A stretch of 64,000 bases of DNA from Escherichia phage EcSzw_1. Positions within the stretch are counted from its first letter, which is position 1. Each line of letters begins with the position of its first letter. Location of the stretch: sequence record MH791413.1, one strand, 5' to 3'. Below the pieces are notes generated by a model. That model was not told the origin of the DNA, did no database searches, and was given only the letters and a program-made list of their open reading frames with translations. Shown one piece after another: positions 32,940 to 42,745 of this stretch. The translations under genes and the position numbers were made by a program.

Positions 32940-34908
32940 CTTCTCCGTCTTCGTTTAATACTGGTGGAATAGTAGAACTTTGACGTTGCTCTTGAGTGTA
33001 AATCTCTCCAGTATCACGGTCAAAGACTTCATCATCATAATGCGGCATAGAGTCATCGTAGTGGTCATCGGCTTCACCAATACCAAACTGCTGACGAATA
33101 TTCTCTGCTGCACCATCAATATCAACACCACTGCCAGCAGCCTTGATAAGACGGCCTGTATCTGGATTATACCAAGTGTGACCAGCAATACCAGTTGACT
33201 TACCATGACGACGACATTTCGTTAACTTGATTTTGGTCAAGTTTTTCTTAACAGGGTCTGGGTCAACCTTGTTACGCATTAACAGAATGTTGTTCATGGA
33301 AATCTGGAAGTATGCACCAGAACCCTTGATATCCTCTTCAGAAATATCACCACCTTCAGAGTTAGCTTTCTGACCACCTGCACTCTTACGAACGTGACAG
33401 ACGTTTACCTGTGCATATTGGTAACGCTTGCAACGACGCAACAGTTCAGACAATACTTCTTCTTCATCCGTATCAGAACGTGACAGAGCCAGTGTGATAG
33501 GGTCAAGAATAATAATCTTACAGTCTAAGCTGTTAACCAGATAGTCAACAAACTCTAACAGGTTATCTTGGTCGATTGCCCCTTGGTGGTCAACGATATG
33601 AATACGACGACCAGCAGACAACTCAGCATGTGCAACCTTGATTTCATCCCAATTACGTTCATCGTAAGGAATCTCTGAAATCTGTTTGCTAAGGTGAATT
33701 GCACAGAGCATCTCCATTAACTCTTCATAAGTATCTTCTACAGGAATTACACCGATATTGTAATCAGTTTCCTTCCAAGCAGTATAAATCATTTCACGAG
33801 TGTAAGCTGATTTACCTACTGAAGATGGTGCTGCCAGAGTTGTAATCTCACCTAAACCATAACCGCCATAAGTTAGTCTATTCAAGTCTCCGAAGGATTC
33901 TGGGAATGGAATCAGTGGAATCTGACCACGATTCTTCATTGCCTCAAAACCATCTGCGAAGTTCTTGATACCAGCAGGGCAGTAACGAGGTGCATTATAG
34001 ATACGCTGTTTAAATCCTTCCAGCACTGTATCTTTCTCTTTATAAAACTTAGTCCACCATTCGTTAAGGTCTTTGACACCTTCTGGATACTGGAATAAGC
34101 GAACCTTCTCAATCGGAAGGATACCAGCAGCCTCTTTAGTGGCTTTTGCACCTGCTTCATCATTATCAAAGCACAGGTAAATCTCATCAAACGATGTGAT
34201 GTACTGGTAGTTATCCTTGATAGACTTAATGTTTGCACCTGATGGAACAGATACGTGACAGTAATTCTTACGGCGAGACTTGTCTTTAATTGCAAGAGAA
34301 GTCATGTAGATTGCTGTAGCACATTCCATCTCACCTTCCCAGATGAATAGACGGTTACCACCTTCTGGAGCAATCCATGAACCGAACATTGCCAGTTCAC
34401 CTTTGATATCACCTACGCCACCAGAGAAGTCTTTCAGCTTGCCACGAAGATGTTCTTTCGGATGGTCTTCTGGGTAACGGTGACGAACACGGTAGCCTAC
34501 ATGCTCAAGCTTTCCATTTTCATCTTTCTTGTAAGTTGGGTAAAAGTGCGCATCAATCTCACCTTCACCATCTACATCAACCTTAATACCAAGACGGTCA
34601 AGCACCTTTGCAGGAATCTTACGGTCTTTCAAATCCATTGCTTCAAGGTTGTCTTTTACATCGTCTAAATCCATACCACGGAAGGTACGATTTTTGTTGT
34701 CTGAACCTGTAGAATAAGTACTCACAATTTGCCCTTTATCAAAATCCCACTCTGGAAAACCTTTGTTGCAACTAAAGCAAGTCATCGAATAAGAATCATC
34801 GTCATGATGATAGATTGAACCAGCATCTGATGAACCACACTTAGGGCAAGCACAATGACCAACAAACTGACCAGCTTCCTTCAATTTACGACCTTTAGAC
34901 ATTAGCAC
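32911..34908 (-). CDS. Bifunctional DNA primase-helicase (zinc finger + TOPRIM + DnaB-like helicase; T7 gp4-like)
   Basis: N-terminal zinc finger CACPKCGS … CFSC; Walker A AAPSSVGKS; 665 aa. Confidence 0.7.
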   Translation of the reverse strand: MLMSKGRKLKEAGQFVGHCACPKCGSSDAGSIYHHDDDSYSMTCFSCNKGFPEWDFDKGQIVSTYSTGSDNKNRTFRGMDLDDVKDNLEAMDLKDRKIPAKVLDRLGIKVDVDGEGEIDAHFYPTYKKDENGKLEHVGYRVRHRYPEDHPKEHLRGKLKDFSGGVGDIKGELAMFGSWIAPEGGNRLFIWEGEMECATAIYMTSLAIKDKSRRKNYCHVSVPSGANIKSIKDNYQYITSFDEIYLCFDNDEAGAKATKEAAGILPIEKVRLFQYPEGVKDLNEWWTKFYKEKDTVLEGFKQRIYNAPRYCPAGIKNFADGFEAMKNRGQIPLIPFPESFGDLNRLTYGGYGLGEITTLAAPSSVGKSAYTREMIYTAWKETDYNIGVIPVEDTYEELMEMLCAIHLSKQISEIPYDERNWDEIKVAHAELSAGRRIHIVDHQGAIDQDNLLEFVDYLVNSLDCKIIILDPITLALSRSDTDEEEVLSELLRRCKRYQYAQVNVCHVRKSAGGQKANSEGGDISEEDIKGSGAYFQISMNNILLMRNKVDPDPVKKNLTKIKLTKCRRHGKSTGIAGHTWYNPDTGRLIKAAGSGVDIDGAAENIRQQFGIGEADDHYDDSMPHYDDEVFDRDTGEIYTQEQRQSSTIPPVLNEDGEDDDCPFETD

Positions 34909-35092
34909 CTCTGCGTTTTAGTTCTGCTTTCAAGCCATTTTCAATCTTGTCTAGCTCGTGAATCTCTTCTGCAATCTCTTTCCGTCTTGAAGCGACCCTT
35001 TCAAGTCGCTCCATCATAACTTCTTTGGAAAGAGATGAGAGTTCCACCGAACGATGGTCAACGACTTCTAAATTATTTACTCTCATCTTCAT
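34895..35092 (-). CDS. Small coiled-coil protein (65 aa)
   Basis: ORF in track. Confidence 0.4.
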   Translation of the reverse strand: MKMRVNNLEVVDHRSVELSSLSKEVMMERLERVASRRKEIAEEIHELDKIENGLKAELKRRGANV

Positions 35093-35097
35093 CTCTC

Positions 35098-35841
35098 TTA
35101 TTTAATGATAATAGCTTTCAGCTTATTTTCGAGGTCTTCAAGACTACCATTGTTTTGAATAATGTCACGTTCAAATTTGGTAGAAATCCCATTTTCTGAT
35201 TTATGTGATGAAACCTTAACCAGATTGTCTCTTTTTACCTCAATGATTTGGCTGTCAAAAGACTTTAAGAACTCTGCTTCGTGGTCAAATCGCAAGTCAC
35301 TAATCAGTGCAATACCATACTGGTTAGCTTTTGAGCATGATTCAAAGAACCTTTCCATTCTCTCTGCAAGGTCACGAATCCAGAACTTCTCTCCAAGAAC
35401 CTTCCTGACAACTTCAGTTCCCCAGATTTGTTGAATCTGACGTGAAGAGAACTTATAGGTTTTACTAAGCCCCATTCTGGTTAGCAGAGTAGGTTTAGCA
35501 ACCTTCTTTAGTTCCATGATTAATCGTCCAGTTAGTTCACCACATAACTTAACGTCAAGGTGTAAGTTTTTGTGTGGGAATACCTGTTCAAGTGACCATT
35601 GAACTGCAAAGTACAGGTCAGAGAATCTTAAGTTGAACTTTTGAGGTGTCTCTTTAGTTTCACCATACAAATCATTCCAGTCAAGCCCAAAAATGTATGC
35701 AGCAGATTCTTTTAAACTATCTGCAAAAGCAAAGATGTGAACGTTGTAACCTTCCTCTTCTTGAAGGAAGTTCTTTGTCAACATGCAGGAAGTGTCCTTA
35801 CCAGAACGAGCCTTTCCAGTAAATGCAATAATACTTTTCAT
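35098..35841 (-). CDS. Deoxynucleoside monophosphate kinase (T4 gene 1-like)
   Basis: P-loop FTGKARSGKDT and C-terminal NNGSLEDLENKLK resemble T4 dNMP kinase (GVKRSGKDT … NDGSLEELFSKIK), recalled from memory. Confidence 0.6.
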   Translation of the reverse strand: MKSIIAFTGKARSGKDTSCMLTKNFLQEEEGYNVHIFAFADSLKESAAYIFGLDWNDLYGETKETPQKFNLRFSDLYFAVQWSLEQVFPHKNLHLDVKLCGELTGRLIMELKKVAKPTLLTRMGLSKTYKFSSRQIQQIWGTEVVRKVLGEKFWIRDLAERMERFFESCSKANQYGIALISDLRFDHEAEFLKSFDSQIIEVKRDNLVKVSSHKSENGISTKFERDIIQNNGSLEDLENKLKAIIIK

Positions 35842-35901
35842 ATAACATTATCTCCATACGAAAAAGCCCCCAATTAAGGAGGCTTTGGGAAAACAATTCT
35901 A

Positions 35902-36705
35902 TTAGTGAATCTGCGTAGAATCAAGCTTTTCTTTATCAGACAGAGCCTGAATAGTTGCTACAAACTCATCACCGAAGTGGATAGCAATCTTATCTTGAAG
36001 AACTGCTGCACCAGTTTGCATAATCACTTCACGAAGTGCTTCACCACTTACGTTACCAGCAATCTGCTCTACAAACTCAATAGGTGCATCAATCAAACCT
36101 GCAACTTCAAACAGAGCGTGAATGCTCATAACAGTGATGATTGAAGGAACCAGAGCAGTCAGTTTGACCTGAATCTCATCAAGGCCACGTTCAGCTTCGT
36201 TGTCAACAACCTCTTGGAGTTGCTCTTTAGTCAGCTTCACCATTTCCTGTGAACGTTCAAAGATATCTGCAAAGCCCCAATCCAGTTTTTCATAACGTGG
36301 AAGTTTCTCTTGAATACGCTTCTCAAGTACAGCCATCACACTAGCAATGGAGTTGATAATCAGGTTGAACGTATCATCTTCAGTGAAGTCAAGCAGTGAT
36401 TCTTTCTCTTCTTCAGAGAGAACCTTGTAGTCACCAGTTTGCATCTTATCAAAGATGTAGCCTGTAAAGGCATCTACACCAACAGCTACTGAAGCCAGAG
36501 CCAGTTGACGGTTATTCAGAAGCAGTTCAACCTGTGAGCGAAATGCTGTCTCATCAGAGATTTCTGCATTAGCCTGATAGGATTCAGGAGTTGCTTGTGA
36601 ACTGAAGGTATTACTACGCATAACAATAGCAAGGCTTTCAACAGTGTTCAGCATAAAGTTGCTATCAATACCTTTAGCTGCCAGCATTTCATTTACAGTA
36701 GTCAT
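35902..36705 (-). CDS. Hypothetical protein (267 aa)
   Basis: ORF in track. Confidence 0.5.
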   Translation of the reverse strand: MTTVNEMLAAKGIDSNFMLNTVESLAIVMRSNTFSSQATPESYQANAEISDETAFRSQVELLLNNRQLALASVAVGVDAFTGYIFDKMQTGDYKVLSEEEKESLLDFTEDDTFNLIINSIASVMAVLEKRIQEKLPRYEKLDWGFADIFERSQEMVKLTKEQLQEVVDNEAERGLDEIQVKLTALVPSIITVMSIHALFEVAGLIDAPIEFVEQIAGNVSGEALREVIMQTGAAVLQDKIAIHFGDEFVATIQALSDKEKLDSTQIH

Positions 36706-36706
36706 A

Positions 36707-37129
36707 TTAATTCTCTCTCATTTTGTTAAGTGTTTGTCGTGATAACTTTAAGCTTTCTGTAGAGGAAAAGTCAAGAACTTTTTCAGACCTTGGGAAGTAA
36801 TGTCTATCCCATGAACTTTCTACATCGCTAATCAGTGTTGCTAGGTTATCTAAGTCTGTTCCGTTTTGCAACTTCTTTTTTAAAGAATCTATCAAGAAGA
36901 GTGTATCTTTAGCTTTACGCCTCTCAGCCGATATCTCCTTCATATGCTCAAAGACTGAACATTTCATTCTTTCGTCGTAACCTTCGGAGAGTTCAATCTC
37001 ATGTTGAACATCAACCATTCGACGATGATGGTAAGCGTATTCTTTTTGAGCAGCAATGTCAAGTTCTTCCAACTTTTTTAAAGCTCTCATGAAGTCAGCT
37101 ATGTCTGGGTGAACAAACATTCTCTGCAT
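36707..37129 (-). CDS. Hypothetical protein (140 aa)
   Basis: ORF in track; first gene of the minus-strand replication block. Confidence 0.5.
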   Translation of the reverse strand: MQRMFVHPDIADFMRALKKLEELDIAAQKEYAYHHRRMVDVQHEIELSEGYDERMKCSVFEHMKEISAERRKAKDTLFLIDSLKKKLQNGTDLDNLATLISDVESSWDRHYFPRSEKVLDFSSTESLKLSRQTLNKMREN

Positions 37130-37386
37130 AATGCCCTCTTTTAAGTACCTATTAAACTTAATCTGTTTTCTTTACGTATTCTATACGTATAACTTTAAAG
37201 CTTCTTAAAAGCTATTAAAAATCTTTTAAGGGTTTTAAAGAAACTGTATAGTTAATCTGTAAAGGGAGTCTTTTAAGTTAAAACCCACTTCGCAAAGATT
37301 AACACCTTGTCAAGTGAATTGTCAACTTGCTTTTTGAAACTTTTTGCAGTAATGTATTGAGTCAATGATTTTGAGAGGGAGTAAAA
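37130..37386. promoter_or_regulatory. Divergent AT-rich control region between minus-strand block and DNA polymerase gene
   Basis: Tandem palindromes TTACGTAT (37162-37169) and TATACGTATA (37172-37181); three CTTTTAAG motifs; TTGTCAA direct repeat; SD GAGGGAG before ATG 37387. Confidence 0.5.
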
Positions 37387-40086
37387 ATGGAAAACGTAGA
37401 TTTTGAAAACTTGCACTTGGTAGGTGATACCGAAACTGATGGGTTACTCCTTGAGTTCACAAAAGCACACGTAATGGCATTTGCAGATTACAAAGATGAC
37501 AGTGACGAACCTGCTGTGTGGGTCTTCACCGATGAACCTATTCTTGGTCACAAATGCACTAAGTATATTAAAGGTGGTCTTCGTGAAGGTGTAGAGTTTG
37601 CTCTTAAGGCAAAGCGTCTCTGCATTCATAACGGTCTTGGCTATGACTGGTGGGTGTTCAATCACATTGCACCGGACTTATGGAACTTTGACAATCCAAA
37701 GTGTAAACCTTGGGGAGACTTCTTTCAGGATTCTCTTATCCAGTCTCGTGTTCAGTGGATGGATAGACCTACACCGAAAGGTTATAAAGGTGCTCATGGT
37801 TTGGCTGCGTGGGGTGCTCGTGTTGGTGTTCGTAAACCAGAGATTGAAGAATGGGGTGTTTGGAATGCTGATATTCTGAACCGTGTTGTTGAGGATATTC
37901 GAATCAACGCCAAAACTAAACGTGCTCTTGATAACGAATACCTGAAGTTGAAGAAGTGTGGTGTAGATACTTACGAAACCTACATGCGAGCTAAAGAAAC
38001 ATCTTTCTGGATGAGTCAGCAAGCTATCAACGGTTGGAAAGCTGATATTGAACTTATGCAGTTCCATGTCAAAGAACTTGACAGAATGACTGATGAGTTA
38101 GCTGCTGAAGTTGAGCCTCATCTGCCACCGACTATCAAGACGAAAGGTAAAGTCACTGGTGAAGAGTTTGCAAAAGCTTGGAACGAGTATGTTGAGACAT
38201 TTGGTAAAGCAGATGGTCTGAAGCGCATCACTAAGTATCCAAAAACTAAGTTCCGTCAGCAGGTTCGTAATGGTGAGATGCAGACTTACGCTATCAAACC
38301 TTTTGGTAAACCAACTACCAAGATTTTCAACATTGAGAAGCGTAACTGCTACACTCCAACTAACACGGTTACTGGAGAAGAGTACAAAGAAGGCTTCGTG
38401 GCAATGAAAGATGCTCGTGCAGTTTGTAACAAGTTGAATGCTGCGATTGATAAGAAGTGCAAAGACTGGAAACCAGTTAAGACCGTGAAGACTGTGAAGT
38501 ACTACAATAATCACGTAGTAAATCACTTTGAACTTGAGTCAAGTCGTTACACAGGTTTGATTGATGCACCTTATACACCAATTGAGTTCGAAGTTTCACG
38601 CATGACTCAGGTTGCGGTTGTGAAGGATTATCTGAAAACTCTTGGCTGGATTCCTGATGACTGGAACTACAAGAAAGATTCTGATGGTCGTCCGGTGAAG
38701 GTTTGTCGCTTCAAAGATAACAAGAAGATGATTCGTAAACATCCGAAATGGCAAGAGATGGTAGACCGTTGCGGATTGAATTACGTTGAGCATGAAGGTG
38801 TACAGTACATCGAACACAACTGGTCTGTGAAGAAGTACACAGATTTGCTTGAACCTTGCTTGATTCGTACTTCACCGAAACTGACTGAATCTTCTTACGA
38901 TACGATTGAAGGTGAACTTGGACAGAAGATTGCGAAGTACTATACTTTGATGCACCGACGCAGAACTATCGAGAACTCAAAGGATGATGAAAAGGGTTGG
39001 TTAAACCAGATTCGTCCAGATGGTCGTTTGAGTGCTGGTGCAATGGTGTTTGGTACTTCAACTGGACGTATGACACAATACGGAATTGTGAACGTACCTT
39101 CTGGGGCTGCTGTTTACGGTGAACCAATGAGGGCAGTCTGGATTTGTGAAGAAGGAGCCAACGTAGTCTCCGTTGATATGAACTCTGCACAGCTTGTTCT
39201 ACTGTGTAACTTTATGGGTGATAAAGAGTTCACAAAAGCGGTAACTCAGGGTAAAGAAGAGATTGAGTTTATCCGTCAGGAAGATGGCAGATACTACTGC
39301 AAACACTTTGACGAATACCTGAATCCAGAAGTTGATAAGTATCTGCGTTATGACTCTGAAAACGACTTGTACGTAGTTTACTCAGGTACTGATGCGCATA
39401 CACTGAACAGTATCTACTTCAGCTTGAACGAAGAACAAGATATCCTGACTTGTCGTATGACTCAGGATGAGAATCTTCTTCACGAAATCAGTAAAGGCCG
39501 TAAGAAAGCTAAGAACGGTATCTATGCGTTACTGTTCGGTGCTGGCGATGAGAAGTTTGCTAAGACGATTAAAGCTGCGACTACTCAGGAAGGTGCATTG
39601 ACTAAACAGACTTACTTTGTTCGCTTGCCGAAGATTAAGAAACTGTTAGATGACTTGGAAGCTGACTTTAAAGCGACTAAGAAAGCACTTGAAGAGGTGT
39701 TTGGTAAGACTGCTGCAATTGCTAAAGGTGGTTTTGTCAAGGTTGCTGGAGCATGGTTGTGGTGTAAGTCTCCACACAAACTGTTGAACTACTTGCTGAT
39801 GGGTTCAGAAGCACAAGTTCAGAATGAAGCAATCAACCTTGCATGTCGTCGTATGATTGATGAAGGTTTGATGAAGTTGAATGGTCGTAAGCCAGCTATC
39901 GGTGCTCGTTTACTTTGTGCATATCACGATGAAACAAGTTGGGAATGTCCAGAGAGCATGACAGCAGAAGTTAAGGCTGTAACTGACTGGTACTACGGAC
40001 AAGCTTCTAAGAACTTAGGGCTTCGTAAAGAAACTCTGGTAACAGGGACTGGTAAAGTTGGTAAGTCTTGGTTGGAAGTTCACTAA
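37387..40086 (+). CDS. DNA polymerase, family A, with 3'-5' exonuclease domain
   Basis: Exo I GDTETDGL; motif A-like VSVDMNSAQL; motif B-like KKAKNGIYALLFGAG; motif C AYHDET; 899 aa. Confidence 0.8.
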   Translation: MENVDFENLHLVGDTETDGLLLEFTKAHVMAFADYKDDSDEPAVWVFTDEPILGHKCTKYIKGGLREGVEFALKAKRLCIHNGLGYDWWVFNHIAPDLWNFDNPKCKPWGDFFQDSLIQSRVQWMDRPTPKGYKGAHGLAAWGARVGVRKPEIEEWGVWNADILNRVVEDIRINAKTKRALDNEYLKLKKCGVDTYETYMRAKETSFWMSQQAINGWKADIELMQFHVKELDRMTDELAAEVEPHLPPTIKTKGKVTGEEFAKAWNEYVETFGKADGLKRITKYPKTKFRQQVRNGEMQTYAIKPFGKPTTKIFNIEKRNCYTPTNTVTGEEYKEGFVAMKDARAVCNKLNAAIDKKCKDWKPVKTVKTVKYYNNHVVNHFELESSRYTGLIDAPYTPIEFEVSRMTQVAVVKDYLKTLGWIPDDWNYKKDSDGRPVKVCRFKDNKKMIRKHPKWQEMVDRCGLNYVEHEGVQYIEHNWSVKKYTDLLEPCLIRTSPKLTESSYDTIEGELGQKIAKYYTLMHRRRTIENSKDDEKGWLNQIRPDGRLSAGAMVFGTSTGRMTQYGIVNVPSGAAVYGEPMRAVWICEEGANVVSVDMNSAQLVLLCNFMGDKEFTKAVTQGKEEIEFIRQEDGRYYCKHFDEYLNPEVDKYLRYDSENDLYVVYSGTDAHTLNSIYFSLNEEQDILTCRMTQDENLLHEISKGRKKAKNGIYALLFGAGDEKFAKTIKAATTQEGALTKQTYFVRLPKIKKLLDDLEADFKATKKALEEVFGKTAAIAKGGFVKVAGAWLWCKSPHKLLNYLLMGSEAQVQNEAINLACRRMIDEGLMKLNGRKPAIGARLLCAYHDETSWECPESMTAEVKAVTDWYYGQASKNLGLRKETLVTGTGKVGKSWLEVH

Positions 40087-40092
40087 TTAATG

Positions 40093-40121
40093 TTGACAGG
40101 GTGCTCATGGAAGAGTACCTT
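40093..40121 (+). promoter_or_regulatory. Possible sigma70-like promoter downstream of DNA polymerase gene
   Basis: TTGACA (40093-40098), 17 nt, TACCTT (weak -10). Confidence 0.3.
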
Positions 40122-40148
40122 ATGCAACATATCGTATAGGAGAACTCT

Positions 40149-40358
40149 ATGAGCCATCGTGGTCGGACTCACCTTGCAATGATGAAAGGTGCTTCAAAGG
40201 AGACTATCAAGAACCGTAAGCAGAAGTTGTTTGAGAGAATGAACAGACTCATTGACAACACTTCTCTTTCTGGTAGTGAGAAGGTTTTCTTGAAAGGAAA
40301 TCTGAAGAGTATTGCACAGGAACTTATGGATATTGAATTTTGGAGAAACCAAAAATGA
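40149..40358 (+). CDS. Hypothetical protein (69 aa)
   Basis: ORF in track; SD TAGGAG upstream. Confidence 0.45.
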   Translation: MSHRGRTHLAMMKGASKETIKNRKQKLFERMNRLIDNTSLSGSEKVFLKGNLKSIAQELMDIEFWRNQK

Positions 40359-40567
40359 CTTATGAAGAAGCTGTTGAAGCAATGAAGCAAGGTAAGAAAG
40401 TTCGTAACGAGAACTTCACATCTGATGAGTTCTTTGAAATGAAAGATGGAAAGATTGTCTGTGAAATGGGTTACCCGATGGCTTCATGGTATCGTGGCCT
40501 TGATTGGCAGAAATCTGGGTGGAGTATTGTGCAAGATTCTCCAAAAGCATCTGACTTATTCTTTTAA
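40340..40567 (+). CDS. Hypothetical protein (75 aa)
   Basis: ORF in track. Confidence 0.45.
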   Translation: MEKPKMTYEEAVEAMKQGKKVRNENFTSDEFFEMKDGKIVCEMGYPMASWYRGLDWQKSGWSIVQDSPKASDLFF

Positions 40568-40577
40568 GGAAAACCCT

Positions 40578-40784
40578 ATGCAAGTTTTAGTAAACTATAT
40601 CTACCGTTATGATGTTGTTCACTCCACTACAACGGTAGCTCAACGTAATCCAATTGTGCCACGAGAAGGTGAATGGGTTCGTATTGAAGGTTGGACTTAC
40701 ACTGTAGAGAACATCATTCACAAGTTTGATGTTGCTGGTGATGTTCAGGTTATTGATGTAGAAATTGGTGGGAAGAGAAAATGA
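40578..40784 (+). CDS. Hypothetical protein (68 aa; start set to ATG 40578)
   Basis: ATG preceded by AAGGA; longer track ORF overlaps upstream gene. Confidence 0.4.
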   Translation: MQVLVNYIYRYDVVHSTTTVAQRNPIVPREGEWVRIEGWTYTVENIIHKFDVAGDVQVIDVEIGGKRK

Positions 40785-40972
40785 GTAAAGAAGATAAATT
40801 CAAGAATGCTGTAAGAACTGAAGATGGAAAAGTTGAGTCTTTCACTCTTAAAGTTGGTGGCAAACCATTCCATTGCCGTTGTGGAGCAAACTGTTTCCAT
40901 AAACCTAACAAAGATGATTTAGAACTTTACACATGTAACTCATGTGACACTTGGTATCATTCTGGAGATTGA
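40781..40972 (+). CDS. Small zinc-finger protein (63 aa)
   Basis: CRCGANCFHK … CNSCD cysteine pairs. Confidence 0.45.
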   Translation: MSKEDKFKNAVRTEDGKVESFTLKVGGKPFHCRCGANCFHKPNKDDLELYTCNSCDTWYHSGD

Positions 40973-40974
40973 GG

Positions 40975-42075
40975 ATGACAATTCTGTACAAACAAAACAA
41001 AGATGGCTCTTTTAACGTCTGGTCATGCGTTGCCGTAGGTGACAAAGTTGTTACCACGTATGGTAAAGAAAATGGCAAGATGATGTTTGAAGAGTACACA
41101 GCAGAACCGAAAAACATCGGTAAAAAGAATGAGCGTAATGCTGAACAGCAAGCTCTCTTTGAAGTTGCTGCTAAGTATAAGAAGCAGGTTGACCGTAAAG
41201 GTTATGCTTACACAAAATCTGAAGCAGAGAACACTGAAAAGGTTGGTGTACAACTCGCACAAGATGCTGCAAAGGTAAGTCATGCAAAGTATTTGAAGTT
41301 CCCTGCTGATGCTCAACCTAAGCTTGATGGTGTTCGTTGCCGTATATCAAGAGACACGGACTCAGTGAACTTCACAGCTTATTCCCGTGAAAATACTGTG
41401 TACAACGTACCTGAAGAGTTGATTCCAGACTTGCTGCTGATGATTAAATGCCACCCACAAGTTCAAGATTTTGATGGTGAAATCTATGCTCACGGATGGG
41501 ATTTAGAAGATATTGTATCTATGATTAAGAATGCTGACAATCCAGACCGTCACCTACTTAAATTCTACTGGTATGATATCTGCGACAAAACTAAAACTTG
41601 GCCTGAGCGTCGTGAAATCATTGATAACTCGCCAATTGTTGAACTCGGTGATGCTTGCAGGGTTGTACCTGTTCAAACTATCCGTGTTAACTCTTGGGAA
41701 GAGTTTGACAAAGCCCATGATAATTGGGTTAAGCTGAAGTTTGAAGGGGCAATGTACCGTTCCATCTCAGCAGATTCTTTCTATGAGTGTGGTCACCGTT
41801 CATACTTCCTGATTAAGCATAAGAAGATGCACACGGAAGAATTTAAAGTAACTGGTGTGAAAACTGATAAGCGTGGTCATGGTAAATTCGTTGTAGAGAC
41901 ACTCCCTAACGTCTTTGTGGATGTTTCATGGAAAACTACCCATGAGAAGAAACAGTATCTTGCTGAACACCCTGAAGAGTTTATCGGGAAACCTTTGACG
42001 GTTCAGTTCCAGAAGATGACTCGTAAGGGGTCTTTGCAGTTCCCTGTTGGTCTCGTTATACGAGATTATGAATAA
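40975..42075 (+). CDS. ATP-dependent DNA ligase
   Basis: Nucleotidyltransferase motifs I KLDGVRC, III FDGEIYA, IV FEGAMYR, V FLIKHKK; start set to ATG 40975 with SD GGAG. Confidence 0.8.
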   Translation: MTILYKQNKDGSFNVWSCVAVGDKVVTTYGKENGKMMFEEYTAEPKNIGKKNERNAEQQALFEVAAKYKKQVDRKGYAYTKSEAENTEKVGVQLAQDAAKVSHAKYLKFPADAQPKLDGVRCRISRDTDSVNFTAYSRENTVYNVPEELIPDLLLMIKCHPQVQDFDGEIYAHGWDLEDIVSMIKNADNPDRHLLKFYWYDICDKTKTWPERREIIDNSPIVELGDACRVVPVQTIRVNSWEEFDKAHDNWVKLKFEGAMYRSISADSFYECGHRSYFLIKHKKMHTEEFKVTGVKTDKRGHGKFVVETLPNVFVDVSWKTTHEKKQYLAEHPEEFIGKPLTVQFQKMTRKGSLQFPVGLVIRDYE

Positions 42076-42081
42076 AAGTTG

Positions 42082-42109
42082 TTGACATACACTCTCCGGT
42101 AGTTATACT
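42082..42109 (+). promoter_or_regulatory. Strong sigma70-like promoter with flanking 9-bp inverted repeat
   Basis: TTGACA (42082-42087), 16 nt, TATACT (42104-42109); inverted repeat CCGGTAGTT (42097-42105) / AACTACCGG (42133-42141). Confidence 0.55.
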
Positions 42110-42159
42110 AGCAATATAAAATTTGATATAGGAACTACCGGATGAGTTAGGAGAAGAAA

Positions 42160-42540
42160 ATGAAAAAGGTTATGGTAAGTGTCATTCTGGCAACTCTGAG
42201 TTTTGGTGCATCAGCTATGACGATGCCTGAAGCAGACTTTAGTAAGGTCTCTATAGAGGCTTGTCAGATTGTTCGTAAAGTCGTAACAGATGCTGGAGAG
42301 TTGACTAAACCGTTATCTTCTCCAACCGTCATGGAAATGTCTGACCGTATCACTGACTACAATTATCGTGTGATGGCAGATTACTACGAAGCTGTTTCTG
42401 ATGCTATGGTCACTCAAGACATTGACTTGCTTGATGACAAAGACATTGAGAAGGTTGAAGATACCAAACGTGGAATGATGGATGAAACTTTCAAAGGTGT
42501 TCATTATTTTGTTGAAAAGCGTACTTGTGTAGGTCTATGA
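42160..42540 (+). CDS. Secreted protein with signal peptide (126 aa)
   Basis: N-terminal MKKVMVSVILATLSFGASA signal peptide; SD GGAGAAG. Confidence 0.5.
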   Translation: MKKVMVSVILATLSFGASAMTMPEADFSKVSIEACQIVRKVVTDAGELTKPLSSPTVMEMSDRITDYNYRVMADYYEAVSDAMVTQDIDLLDDKDIEKVEDTKRGMMDETFKGVHYFVEKRTCVGL

Positions 42541-42541
42541 T

Positions 42542-42745
42542 ATGAAGAAGAATCATTGCAAGAAGAACTATGGAGAAGTGCTTGACGACGAAGGTCATGT
42601 CATCTTCCGAGTTTACTGTGCAGATGACTCTGAAGTAGGTAAAGCACTTGATGACTATATCAATGGTACTCGTGAAAACGTCAGAGCAACAAACATAGAT
42701 TCATTGATTGACACTTCCAGAAAACGGAGGAAGAAGGATGAATGA
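42542..42745 (+). CDS. Hypothetical protein (67 aa)
   Basis: ORF in track. Confidence 0.4.
   Translation: MKKNHCKKNYGEVLDDEGHVIFRVYCADDSEVGKALDDYINGTRENVRATNIDSLIDTSRKRRKKDE

Noticed and set aside
37678-38526. Minus-strand ORFs of 129 and 142 aa
   Set aside because: Antisense inside the well-supported DNA polymerase gene; shadow ORFs.
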